Shown piece by piece: positions 46,247 to 55,041 of a DNA stretch of 64,000 nucleotides; position 1 is the stretch's first letter, and each line of letters opens with the position of its first letter. The stretch is from positions 14,114-78,113 of the forward strand of contig JAACAK010000049.1 in NCBI GenBank assembly GCA_011774835.1, written 5' to 3'. The translations under genes and the position numbers were made by a program. The notes under the pieces were generated by a model. That model was not told where the DNA came from and searched no databases. It saw nothing but the letters and a program-made list of their open reading frames with translations. The DNA is from Candidatus Kutchimonas denitrificans (lineage in GTDB: Bacteria > Gemmatimonadota > Gemmatimonadetes > Palauibacterales > KS3-K002).

Positions 46247-47203
46247 TCAATCGCCGCCCAGGCGCCAGGCGACGGCGCGGTAGAGCAGCGGGATCATGAC
46301 CTCGTGATGACCGGCGATGTGGATGCCGCGACCGCCGGTCTGGACCGGCCGGCCGATCACGTTCATCTCGGGCCGGTAGTGGCGGATCATGTCGAGGTTC
46401 ACGGCGGTGAAATCGTTGACCTCGTTCCCCAGGTTGCGCGCCAACGTGAGCGCCTTGAGAAAGACTTCGGGCAGGATCACCGCGCTCCCCAGGTTCAGCA
46501 CCACACCGCCATCGCCCAGGTCCGTCAGCGACTCGATCAGCACCCTGAAGTCGGTGAACGAGGTCTCGCCCAGGGCCGCACCGCGGCACGACGGATGCTG
46601 GTGCACGATCTCGGCGCCCACCGCCACGTGAACGCTCACCGGCACGTCGGCCTCGTAGGCGGCGACCAGCAGGCTGACATCGGCGTGCGCCGCGCCCGAC
46701 TCGAGCAGCGAGCGCGCGAGCGCCTCGCCCATCCCCCACCCCTCCAGCTGGCCGCGCTGGAAGGCGTCGTTCATCTCCTGACCCGTCTCGTCGACCATGC
46801 CGAAGGTCGCATCGGCGAGGTTCTCCGCCACGTCTTCCGACGTCTGGCCGAAGCGGGCGATCTCGTAGTCGTGGATCGCCGTCGCCCCGTTCATCGCCAG
46901 ATGAGTGATGACCTTCCTCTGCAGCAGATCGGTCAGCAGCGGCGAGCAGCCGGTCTTGACCACGTGACCACCGAGCATGAAGACCACCGCACGGCCTGCC
47001 CGATGCGCGGCGACGATGGCGTCGGCCACCGCCCGCAGGTCACGGGCGGCCAGGACATCGGGCATGTCGCTCAGCGGATCGGCAGCGAAGCCATTCCAGT
47101 CGGGCCGCGCGGCGAACTGCTCGATCGATACCTTGTTCGCTCTGTTCGCGAACGGGATCGTACGCGCCCGGCTCAAGTCGGCAGCACGGTATTTCGAAGT
47201 CAT
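46247..47203 (-). CDS. Deoxyhypusine-synthase-like (DHS-like NAD-binding fold) family protein
   Basis: ..VVFMLGGHVVKTGCSPLLTDLLQRKVITHLAMNGATAIHDYEIA.. resembles the DHS family core (..TGAN..HD..). Assigned from memory of the family pattern only. Confidence 0.5.
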   Translation of the reverse strand: MTSKYRAADLSRARTIPFANRANKVSIEQFAARPDWNGFAADPLSDMPDVLAARDLRAVADAIVAAHRAGRAVVFMLGGHVVKTGCSPLLTDLLQRKVITHLAMNGATAIHDYEIARFGQTSEDVAENLADATFGMVDETGQEMNDAFQRGQLEGWGMGEALARSLLESGAAHADVSLLVAAYEADVPVSVHVAVGAEIVHQHPSCRGAALGETSFTDFRVLIESLTDLGDGGVVLNLGSAVILPEVFLKALTLARNLGNEVNDFTAVNLDMIRHYRPEMNVIGRPVQTGGRGIHIAGHHEVMIPLLYRAVAWRLGGD

Positions 47204-47207
47204 GACC

Positions 47208-47549
47208 TCATCGGCTTCGCAGGTAGGTGATCAGGCCAACGACCACGACGAGGCCGAGGAGCACCGCCGGGATCGCTGTCACATCGCCCGGCTCCGGTTG
47301 GGTTCGCGATAGGTACAGAGCGAAGACCCCGATGGCGATCAGTAGCGCGACGCCCGAAGCCATGGCGACAGCGCGACCGGCCGTGCTTTTCGTCGTATCG
47401 CTCCGCGTCAGCCGCAGCGCCTGACGCACATCGTCATCGGTCGCTCCGCTCTGGCGCTGGTATTCTCGGATCACCGACGTCAGCCGCTCGCTCAGCTCGC
47501 GCACGCGCGGCGAGTCCGATGAGCCTGGTACGAGTGGCACGAAACTCAT
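47208..47549 (-). CDS. Hypothetical membrane protein (2 TM)
   Basis: Track ORF. Its stop lies 4 nt upstream of the next gene's start. TM segments AVAMASGVALLIAIGVFALYL and IPAVLLGLVVVVGLITYL. Confidence 0.55.
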   Translation of the reverse strand: MSFVPLVPGSSDSPRVRELSERLTSVIREYQRQSGATDDDVRQALRLTRSDTTKSTAGRAVAMASGVALLIAIGVFALYLSRTQPEPGDVTAIPAVLLGLVVVVGLITYLRSR

Positions 47550-47811
47550 GACGACCTCTGCTGTCCGAACTTCCCCTGCCCACCAAGCCTGAGGACTTAG
47601 AAGACAAGAAAGATGTCACAACGGCTTGCCTGATGCCAGCGCCGCCGCCGGCATCAGGCAATGAACCGGCTACTCCTCCTTCAGACCCAGCTTCAGAATG
47701 ACGACCTCGTAGAGCCGCTCCGGCGGCGGCAATTCGCCGTCCTCGACAAGACCCAACTGGGCGAGGTTTGTCCGCCGAGTACGCCGGTGCCTATAATGCG
47801 GATCAGCCAAC

Positions 47812-48111
47812 ATGAGTCAATTCGCGATGGCGTCGACGAGCTCAGAGGATGATCCAGACCGCGCCGTGAACTCACGTTCCCGGCGTTTCAGTGTCGTATC
47901 CATCTGCGTGCTCGCCGCTCTCGCGCCGCCAGGCGCGGCGACCGGCCAGGAGGACGGCGTGCCGCCGATCCCGACGGGTATCCCGGTGCTGCTGATCGGG
48001 ATCCTCAAAGAGCCGCCGCCTGGGGTCGCTCGCGTTTTCAGGGTGAGGACCGAGATCGGGCCCGACACCGATGTGGTGCTCGAGATGGGACGCAGCTCAC
48101 CTCGGGAGTGA
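47812..48111 (+). CDS. Hypothetical small secreted protein (weak call)
   Basis: Track ORF that exactly fills the gap between a TATAAT box (47792-47797) and the DinB-like gene. Signal-like FSVVSICVLAALAPPGAATGQ. GC3-rich. No homology recognised. Confidence 0.35.
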   Translation: MSQFAMASTSSEDDPDRAVNSRSRRFSVVSICVLAALAPPGAATGQEDGVPPIPTGIPVLLIGILKEPPPGVARVFRVRTEIGPDTDVVLEMGRSSPRE

Positions 48112-48130
48112 TCGACAGGAGGCCAGAGGT

Positions 48131-48649
48131 ATGTGGCAGCAGATACCATGGATCGAGCGCAAGTTCAGCTTCGATTTCCCCACCGGGCTGTACCCCGAGA
48201 TCATCGTCAGGCTCGCTGGAACACCGGCACGGCTCCGAGAGTTCACCGCGGAGCTGCCGAGCCGCACCCTGGTAAAGCGTCAAGACGACAGCTGGTCGAT
48301 CCAGGAGAACGTCGGGCACCTGCTCGACCTGGAGGACCTGTTCGATGGCCGACTCGACGACTACCAGTCCGGGTCCGATGAGCTGCGGCCCGCCGATATG
48401 TCGAACCGGGCGACGGAGGCGGCGGGCCACAACGACCGGCCCATCGAGGAGCTGCTGCGCGAGTTTCGGCGCCGCCGCGAGGCGATCGTCGAGCGGCTCG
48501 AGGGGTTGCCGCCCGAGGCGTTCGGGCGCTCGGCCTTTCACGCGCGCTTGAGCCTGCAGAAGCGGCTGGTCGACACCTGCTACTTCTTCGCCGAACACGA
48601 CGACCACCACATCGCTCGTATCGTCGACCTCATTCACGAGCACGCGTGA
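48131..48649 (+). CDS. DinB-family (DinB_2/DUF664-like) metal-dependent protein
   Basis: Trimmed to ATG 48131 (AGGAGG upstream). ..WSIQENVGHLLDLE.. and C-terminal ..FFAEHDDHHIARI.. give the His triad pattern of DinB-fold proteins. Confidence 0.75.
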   Translation: MWQQIPWIERKFSFDFPTGLYPEIIVRLAGTPARLREFTAELPSRTLVKRQDDSWSIQENVGHLLDLEDLFDGRLDDYQSGSDELRPADMSNRATEAAGHNDRPIEELLREFRRRREAIVERLEGLPPEAFGRSAFHARLSLQKRLVDTCYFFAEHDDHHIARIVDLIHEHA

Positions 48650-48655
48650 GGCCGG

Positions 48656-49210
48656 CTACCACGACTGGGTGCCAGGTTCACCCTTCCAGGGGCCAATGAT
48701 CTCCCACGTGACCCAGCCGCCGTAGAAATCGCCGCCCTGCGGCTTCACTCGCTCGCCGTCCACGTAGCATTCGACCCGGCCCGGATAGAACGAGACGTGG
48801 CCGGCGATGGCCTCATAGCCGGCCCACGGCTCCGGGTAGCCCCAGGCCGCCTCGGACACCTCGGTATCTCCCACCCACACCGACCAGTACCTGGCCCGTC
48901 CCTTCCACTCGCAGAGCGAGGAGCGGTCCGCCGGCTCGAGGTGCTCCATGCGGACGTCGTCGGGCGGCAGATAGAAGGCCGGCGGACTGGCGGTCTCCAG
49001 AACCCGGAACGTGTTCCGCGTTTCGGCGATACTGGTTCCGGCGCAAACAACTCGCACGAGCCGCGCATCGGGCTCGACCCGGGGCGGCCGCGGATAGTCC
49101 CACACCGATTCCTGCCCCGGCCCGGGCTCCTCGGCGAAGTCGGGCCGGCGGTCCCCCCTGTAGTTCCACTTCTCTCGCAAGCGCTGGATGCCGGGTGGCA
49201 GATCGTTCAT
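48656..49210 (-). CDS. DUF427-domain protein
   Basis: ..ETASPPAFYLPPDDV..CEWKGRARYWSV..AWGYPEP..HVSFYP matches the DUF427 pattern. Confidence 0.75.
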   Translation of the reverse strand: MNDLPPGIQRLREKWNYRGDRRPDFAEEPGPGQESVWDYPRPPRVEPDARLVRVVCAGTSIAETRNTFRVLETASPPAFYLPPDDVRMEHLEPADRSSLCEWKGRARYWSVWVGDTEVSEAAWGYPEPWAGYEAIAGHVSFYPGRVECYVDGERVKPQGGDFYGGWVTWEIIGPWKGEPGTQSW

Positions 49211-49304
49211 GATTCATGCTCTCCTGCTCGTCGGCCCGGGCGTCTGGGAATCACACGACGCGACCGGTGGACGCTCCGCAGCCTGTCTCGATGCGTGTCC
49301 CGAG

Positions 49305-49312
49305 ATTATAAT
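49305..49312. promoter_or_regulatory. Palindromic ATTATAAT box in the divergent DUF427/glycosidase intergenic region (possible -10 on both strands)
   Basis: ATTATAAT is its own reverse complement and contains TATAAT on each strand. It is the only AT-rich octamer in this 183-nt gap. Confidence 0.3.
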
Positions 49313-49393
49313 CAGCCCGACCGAGGACAAAACCCGCGCGGCCACATCCCATCTCGACTGACCGGACGCCATCGTTCGGGGAGCTTGCCCAAG

Positions 49394-52024
49394 ATGCTGA
49401 GAACCACACTGCTGGCGCTCGTTCCCATGGCCATGATGCCCTGGACCGGGGTCGACGTCCGGGCGCAGGGCGTGCCCAAGTTCGACATCGAGGTCAGCTC
49501 GATCCAGCTGGAGGGCATCGCCCGGCCCGGCGTCTACCTGGGTGGCGTGGGCCGCGAGGCCGCGTTCTTCGGCGCCGAGACCGGCGCCTTCGAAGCGTGG
49601 GCCTGGCCGGTGAAACTGCTCCACGATTTCGAGCTGAGCTTCAAGATCCCCGACTACAGCGAGCCCATACCGGGCGCCAGCGTCGCCCGGCGCGTTATCG
49701 TGCGGCCCGAGCTCCAGACCGTGGTCTACTCGCACGCCACGTTCACGGTGAAGCAGCACATCCTGGTCCCGCTCCACGAACCGGGGGTCATCGTGCTGCT
49801 CGATGTCGACGCGGTCCGCCCGCTGGAGATCGTCGCCTCGTTCCACGCCGACCTCGACCTCATGTGGCCGGCGGGAATCGGCGGCCAGTACGCTTTCTGG
49901 TGGGCGGACCGAAATCGCTTCCTGCTCTCCGAGAGCCGCCGCGAATACAACGGATACGTCGGGTCACCGTTCGCCCACGAAGGCTCGACCCATCCGGCCC
50001 ATGCGGCGCCCGACGCACCGTCGGTCTTCAGGGTCACCGTCGATGACGAAGTCGTGAGCTCGCGCTTCATCCCGATCGTCATCGCGGGCGGCGTCATGCC
50101 GCGCGATTCACTCGAACTCATCTACGAGCGACTGCTCGGGGACGCCGAGGCCTACTATAAGGAGCGGCTCGAGCACGGCCGCCACCTCCGCGAGGACCTC
50201 GCGTCGGTCCAGACGCCCGATACGATCCTCGATCTGGCGCTCGAGTGGGCAAAGGTGAACCTGGACGGCTCGCTCGCCTGCAACCCCGATCTGGGCTGCG
50301 GCATGGTCGCCGGCTACGGGCCGTCGGGTCGCGGCCGTCGGCCGGGCTTCGGCTGGTTTTTCGGCGGCGACGCCTCGATCAACGCCCTGGGGATCACCCC
50401 CTACGGCGATTTCGATCTCGTCCGCGCGGGGCTCGACTTCCAGCGACGCAACCGTCGGGACGACGGAAAGATGCCCCACGAGGTCACCCAGTCGGCGATG
50501 CGGACGCGGAAGGACTGGTTCACCGAGTTCCCTTACGCGTACTACCACGCCGACACCACCCCGTACTGGCTCGTCGCGCTCTGGAGCTACTGGTTGCAGT
50601 CCGCCGATACCGCCTTCGTCCGCGACAGCTGGGAGGGCGTCCGGGCGGCCTATGACTGGTGCGTGGAGCACGACAGCGACGGTGATCGGATCGTCGACAA
50701 CACCGCCGGCGGCCTGGGGGCTATCGAGGTGGGCGGACTGGGCGAGTCGCTGCACCAGGACATCTACCTGGCGGCGGTATCGGTCCAGAGCCTGCGCGCC
50801 GTCTCCGAGCTGGCCGGGGCGCTGGGCGCCAGCGAACTGGCCGCTGAGGCCGATCGCTACTATGAGGAAGCGCGGACAAACTTCCAGCGCGAGTATTACG
50901 TCGAAGACCTCGATGCTTACGCCTTTGGCATCCTGCAGGGCGGCCACACCAACCCGGCGATGACGGTCTGGCCGGCCACCGCTGGGTCGTTCGGGCTGCT
51001 CGAGCCCCGGCACGCCCGGAGGAACCTCGACGCCTTCGCCTCCCACCGTATGGCCACCGATTGGGGGACGCGCATCCTGTCCAGCGAGCACGAGCTGTAC
51101 GACCCGCTCCACTACAACAACGGGGCGGTTTGGGGGTTCGTCACCGGCTTCGCCGGCTGGGCGCTCTTCAACTACGATCGGCCACACGCCGGCTTCGCGG
51201 CGCTCTGGGCCAACGCCCGATCGACCTTCTATGACGCGCTGGGCCGAAACCCGGAGCTGCAGTCCGGCGCTTTTCGGCGCACCCTGGACACCACGGTGCC
51301 GCACCAGTTCTTCGCGACCAGCATGATTCCGACACCGCTCCTCCGCGGCCTCTTCGGCCTGGAGGCGGACGCGCCGCGTGCAACGCTCGCCTTCGCCCCG
51401 CGCTTGCCCGCCGACTGGAACTGGGCGAAGGTGCGGAACTACCCGGTGGGCGAGGATCGGGTCGACATCGAGATTTACAGCAACGTGAGGCTTCGCACCG
51501 ACGCCGACGGCGACACGGCACGACTGTTTCAAGCAAACTTCCGGCCCGGCAAACAGGATAGCCGACTTCGAGTGCGCTTCGCGCCGCGCCTCCCGCCGGG
51601 ATCGGAGGTCGTCCGGATCGAGGTGGACCGGGAAGCCGTCGAATTCGAGCAGTCCCGCGGCCGTCACGCCACCGGCGTGAGCCTCGACGCCATCGAGGCG
51701 ACCCACGGCGCCTCCGTCGACGTCTGGTATCGACCCGGTGTCGCCGTGGCGCCGCGCCGGCCGCGGCCCCTGGAGGGGGAAGCGTCCGACGACGTGAGGA
51801 TCATCGACTACAGCTACGACGGCGAGGACGGCGTGTACACGCTCCGCGTCGAGGGGCGCGCCGGACGGACCTATACGATCCAGCTGATCAGCACGGCGGA
51901 CGCGCCCCGGGACGTCCGCGGCGCGCAGCTGAGCGAAGCCGGGGCGGGCCGCTACATTCTGACCGTAGCCATCGATGAGGACGCCGGGTGGCACGCTCGC
52001 GAGATCCGCTTCCGCAAACCGTAG
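49394..52024 (+). CDS. Secreted (alpha/alpha)6-barrel glycosidase-like protein (glycogen-debranching/amylo-alpha-1,6-glucosidase GDE_C-like)
   Basis: Track ORF 48797..52024, trimmed to ATG 49394 (signal MLRTTLLALVPMAMMPWTGVDVRAQG). Core AGYGPSGRGRRPGFGWFFGGDASINAL, DDGKMPHE, TTPYWL, DGDRIVDN, YNNGAVWGF. Confidence 0.75.
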   Translation: MLRTTLLALVPMAMMPWTGVDVRAQGVPKFDIEVSSIQLEGIARPGVYLGGVGREAAFFGAETGAFEAWAWPVKLLHDFELSFKIPDYSEPIPGASVARRVIVRPELQTVVYSHATFTVKQHILVPLHEPGVIVLLDVDAVRPLEIVASFHADLDLMWPAGIGGQYAFWWADRNRFLLSESRREYNGYVGSPFAHEGSTHPAHAAPDAPSVFRVTVDDEVVSSRFIPIVIAGGVMPRDSLELIYERLLGDAEAYYKERLEHGRHLREDLASVQTPDTILDLALEWAKVNLDGSLACNPDLGCGMVAGYGPSGRGRRPGFGWFFGGDASINALGITPYGDFDLVRAGLDFQRRNRRDDGKMPHEVTQSAMRTRKDWFTEFPYAYYHADTTPYWLVALWSYWLQSADTAFVRDSWEGVRAAYDWCVEHDSDGDRIVDNTAGGLGAIEVGGLGESLHQDIYLAAVSVQSLRAVSELAGALGASELAAEADRYYEEARTNFQREYYVEDLDAYAFGILQGGHTNPAMTVWPATAGSFGLLEPRHARRNLDAFASHRMATDWGTRILSSEHELYDPLHYNNGAVWGFVTGFAGWALFNYDRPHAGFAALWANARSTFYDALGRNPELQSGAFRRTLDTTVPHQFFATSMIPTPLLRGLFGLEADAPRATLAFAPRLPADWNWAKVRNYPVGEDRVDIEIYSNVRLRTDADGDTARLFQANFRPGKQDSRLRVRFAPRLPPGSEVVRIEVDREAVEFEQSRGRHATGVSLDAIEATHGASVDVWYRPGVAVAPRRPRPLEGEASDDVRIIDYSYDGEDGVYTLRVEGRAGRTYTIQLISTADAPRDVRGAQLSEAGAGRYILTVAIDEDAGWHAREIRFRKP

Positions 52025-52035
52025 AGAGGTTGACG

Positions 52036-52572
52036 ATGCCGTCCGAACACCAGCGACCCGACTTCGACCACTACTTCATGGGACTCGCCATGGCGGTGCG
52101 GCAGCGCGCCAACTGCGTGGGCAGCAAGGTGGGTGCCGTGATCGTCAAGGGCCACCGCGTCCTCTCCACGGGCTACAACGGGACGCCGTCGAAAATGAAG
52201 AACTGTCTGGAGGGCGGCTGCGAGCGGTGCGCCAACCCGGAACGCTACGAGTCGGGCAAGGGGTACGACGTCTGCATCTGCGTGCACGCGGAGCAGAACG
52301 GGCTGCTCGCCGCCGCTCGCTTCGGGATCTCGGTCGAGGGCGGCACGATCTACACGACGATGAGGCCCTGCTTCGGCTGCACCAAGGAGCTGCTCCAGGC
52401 CGGCGTCGAGCGGGTCGTCTACATCCACGACTGGGGACACCCGGATCCCTACCACCAGGCCGAGTACGAGCGCCTCCAGGCGCGGTTTCCCGGCGGCATC
52501 AACCAGCTGGCCATGGAGGACCCGGACGCCGACTGGGCCTTGCCGAAGAAAAAGAAGAAGAGCTCCGGTTGA
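52036..52572 (+). CDS. dCMP deaminase / ComEB-type cytidine-deoxycytidylate deaminase
   Basis: Trimmed to ATG 52036. Zinc motifs CVHAEQNG and PCFGCTKEL. Confidence 0.9.
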   Translation: MPSEHQRPDFDHYFMGLAMAVRQRANCVGSKVGAVIVKGHRVLSTGYNGTPSKMKNCLEGGCERCANPERYESGKGYDVCICVHAEQNGLLAAARFGISVEGGTIYTTMRPCFGCTKELLQAGVERVVYIHDWGHPDPYHQAEYERLQARFPGGINQLAMEDPDADWALPKKKKKSSG

Positions 52573-52616
52573 CGAGCCGGTCGTTCGACCCCTCGGCCGC
52601 GCCACGGCGGTGGCCT

Positions 52617-53927
52617 TCAGCGCCCCTTGCCAGCCTCGATCTCTCGAAGGACTTGCAGCACGGTGCGGGTCAACGCGGCGCCCAATCGGTCCTCCGCCTC
52701 GCTCCGCGCCGCTTCCGGGCTGGCGCCCAGGCCACGGCTCGTCGGAAGATCCACGGTCCGCTCCGGCGACTGGACCGAAGCCCACGCGTACGCCTCGTAG
52801 AGCTCCCCCACCCGCTGGGCCGGGTCGACGCTGCACGCGATGGAAAAGTGCGTCACCCCGGACGCCCGGCTGACCACGGTCACGCCCGACGCCTGGAGGC
52901 GCTGGCGGAGCGTATCTACGGCGCGACGACACGGGCGGCCGTTGTCCAGTGACACGCGAGCGGTCAGTGGAGAAGCGAGCTTCGCCGTATCGCCGTGCTC
53001 GAGCAGGGCATCCAGCGCCACGGCCAGCCGGCCGGCCGCACGGGGGAGTTGTTCGCGATAGCGGCTGACGTCGGGACGCACGATCACCCGCCCCGCCCCG
53101 GCATCAACGGGTCCCAGGCGACAGACCGCCAGGCCAGCGTCGTCGGTTCGGGCCGAAACCGTCTCCGAGTCCCGGGTACAGCGCACCGGCACGCCGGCGG
53201 CGGCGACCGAATCGTACGTCGCATCGACCCACGCCACGACATCGGTCTTCGGGTTCCGCTCGACCACACGGGCCGATAGGCGAAGAGGCCCGACCAGCTC
53301 GTCGGCCACCCCTTCCAAACGCTCCAGATGCGCATCGTGCCCCAGGTTGCGGGGTACGGCCACCTCACCCGCGACATCGATCAAGCGGCTCATCGCCTCG
53401 CCCCAGCGACCCTCGGCGGCCAGAAGGCTCAGCTGAAGTGCCGCACCGTCCACGCGCCGCTGCGCTTCCAACGTCGTCGCCTCAATCCGCGCCCTTTCCG
53501 CCTCCGCCGCCTCCCGGGGGTAGGCGTAGAGCACGCTCACGTAATACGAACGACCCCGATCCGCCTTCCGGACCTCGTAGTAGGTGTGGGTGCGGCGGCC
53601 CTCGTTCAGGAACCGCTCGGCATACCGGTAAGCGCCGGCGCTCGCCGCCCGCGTCCGCTCGCTTTGCCCGCGGGGCACATACGCCGAGAAACGGGTGCCG
53701 ACCCACGCGGCCACGCCGCTCAGCGCGTCGGCCCGCGCGCAGTTCACCCCCTCCTCATAGCTCGCCAGATCGGAGCAGACCCCGACGAAGTACATCGAGT
53801 CACGCGCCGCCGGCGTGACCTCGATCCAGGCGGGCCGCTCGGGTGCGGAGCGCTCGATGATCGCGCTCCCGCACCCGCCGACTGAGAACACCACCCAGAT
53901 CGACAGCGCTGTCGCTCGATGTCTCAT
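52617..53927 (-). CDS. Hypothetical lipoprotein with LPP20-like N-terminal module
   Basis: Lipobox VFSVGGCG. ..ERPAWIEVTPAARDSMYFVGV...ARADALSGVAAWV.. matches the LPP20-like pattern. The start overlaps the upstream gene's stop. Confidence 0.6.
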   Translation of the reverse strand: MRHRATALSIWVVFSVGGCGSAIIERSAPERPAWIEVTPAARDSMYFVGVCSDLASYEEGVNCARADALSGVAAWVGTRFSAYVPRGQSERTRAASAGAYRYAERFLNEGRRTHTYYEVRKADRGRSYYVSVLYAYPREAAEAERARIEATTLEAQRRVDGAALQLSLLAAEGRWGEAMSRLIDVAGEVAVPRNLGHDAHLERLEGVADELVGPLRLSARVVERNPKTDVVAWVDATYDSVAAAGVPVRCTRDSETVSARTDDAGLAVCRLGPVDAGAGRVIVRPDVSRYREQLPRAAGRLAVALDALLEHGDTAKLASPLTARVSLDNGRPCRRAVDTLRQRLQASGVTVVSRASGVTHFSIACSVDPAQRVGELYEAYAWASVQSPERTVDLPTSRGLGASPEAARSEAEDRLGAALTRTVLQVLREIEAGKGR

Positions 53928-54541
53928 CCTTTCTTCTCGATCTCGTTCAGGCGAGCGATACTCTCGTCGATGAACTCTCGCAGGCTGGAATTCCCCTGGC
54001 GCCTGGCGCGCTTCCCGAGCTCCTCCAGAGCTCGAATCTGGGCCCGTCTGTATTCGTCCCCGGAGATATGGAGCAGAACGAACGTGTTGTAACGGTATTC
54101 GACGCCGTATGCCGTCTTCGTCGCCACCTTCTCGTAGTACCGTTCTTCCTTCCCTGAATCGATCTCCTTGACCACCAGCTCCTGATAGGTTCGACCGTAT
54201 CCCTGGATCTCGCTCTTGCCGCCGACCTCGGACGTCTGCACCAGCCAGCTCCAGATCCCCAGCACGCGCTCCCCCAGCTCCTGCAGCGCCTCCGCCTTCG
54301 CCATGCGGAAGCCCAGCGCGTAGTCGGTGTACCCCTCCTCGCCACCGGAGAAGTACTTGTAGCCGTCCCGGTCCTCGGGGAGCCGTAGGGTCCAGTCCGG
54401 GCGATTCGTGTCGCTCCGCTCGACCACCACCTGCGTCCCAACGGGCGACTCGTCCAATCGCTGCTCGGCCTTTGGGCCGCCACAGGCATACGACCCGAGG
54501 AGAGCCGTTACGGCAAGATGCCTCAGGGCGTTTCTCCGCAT
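53924..54541 (-). CDS. LPP20-family-like lipoprotein
   Basis: Lipobox LLGSYACGG. ..NRPDWTLRLPEDRDGYKYFSGG...AKAEALQELGERV.. GGAGG lies 9 nt upstream of the ATG. Confidence 0.65.
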   Translation of the reverse strand: MRRNALRHLAVTALLGSYACGGPKAEQRLDESPVGTQVVVERSDTNRPDWTLRLPEDRDGYKYFSGGEEGYTDYALGFRMAKAEALQELGERVLGIWSWLVQTSEVGGKSEIQGYGRTYQELVVKEIDSGKEERYYEKVATKTAYGVEYRYNTFVLLHISGDEYRRAQIRALEELGKRARRQGNSSLREFIDESIARLNEIEKKG

Positions 54542-54629
54542 GCGTTGGACCTCCGAGGGCGGGTGCGCTCGCTCTATGCTCGTACTGGGACGGGCCGTTC
54601 TCTCAGTTCATGCTCTTCGCGTCACTACG

Positions 54630-54658
54630 ATAATACGCGGCAGATCGATTCGGACCAA
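54630..54658 (-). promoter_or_regulatory. Candidate sigma-70-type promoter of the lipoprotein pair
   Basis: Minus strand TTGGTC (54658-54653), 17 nt, TATTAT (54635-54630). About 90 nt upstream of ATG 54541. Confidence 0.35.
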
Positions 54659-54663
54659 TCTAC

Positions 54664-54824
54664 CCGACCCGGTCGAGGCGGAAACGGAAGCCGGCCAGGA
54701 GCAGATCCAGTGCGCCATCGATCGGGCGATCCTCGCCGCCGGCCTGCAGGGCTTCGGCGAGGCCCGCAACAAGGGCGGCCCGCAGCTCCTCAAGAGCAAC
54801 GCCTTCACCGAGCACGGTATGTGA
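54664..54824 (+). pseudogene. Orphan 3' fragment of a PilX-like paralogue
   Basis: Translates to ..PDPVEAETEAGQEQIQCAIDRAILAAGLQGFGEARNKGGPQLLKSNAFTEHGM*, compared with the C-terminus of 55042..56394 (..QCAVDRAILAAGLEDFGQVTNKGGLQLLKFHAFREGM*). No matching N-terminal part lies upstream. Confidence 0.6.
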
Positions 54825-54975
54825 TCTCGGCGACCTTTGAGAGACCCGGGTTCAGAAGGGCGAAAATAAAGATTTTGTCCAGGAGCCGGTCAATCTGACC
54901 GAACAGGGACGCCCGGCTACGCCTGGTAAACAACCTAACGTCATGTAAGTAAAGGGCTTAGGCGCTTCGGCCCGC

Positions 54976-54991
54976 TGGCACGTGCTGTGCA
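54976..54991 (+). promoter_or_regulatory. Sigma-54 (-24/-12) promoter of the PilX-like gene
   Basis: TGGCACGtgctGTGCA, against the consensus TGGCACG-N4-TTGCW (one mismatch). GG at 54977-54978 and GC at 54989-54990 are 10 nt apart. About 50 nt upstream of GTG 55042. Confidence 0.7.
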
Positions 54992-55041
54992 TTCTAGCTG
55001 GCCGCGGGAGAGCGGGCAAAAGAGCCTTCACGGAGGCGGTA

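Noticed and set aside
54576-54824. An 82-codon ORF (MLVLGRAVLS..) treated as an intact small gene.
   Set aside because: Only the last ~45-53 codons resemble the PilX-like C-terminus. The N-terminal part has no signal peptide, TM segment or SD, and it lies in the 5'-UTR/promoter zone of the opposite-strand lipoprotein gene. It was annotated as a gene fragment instead.
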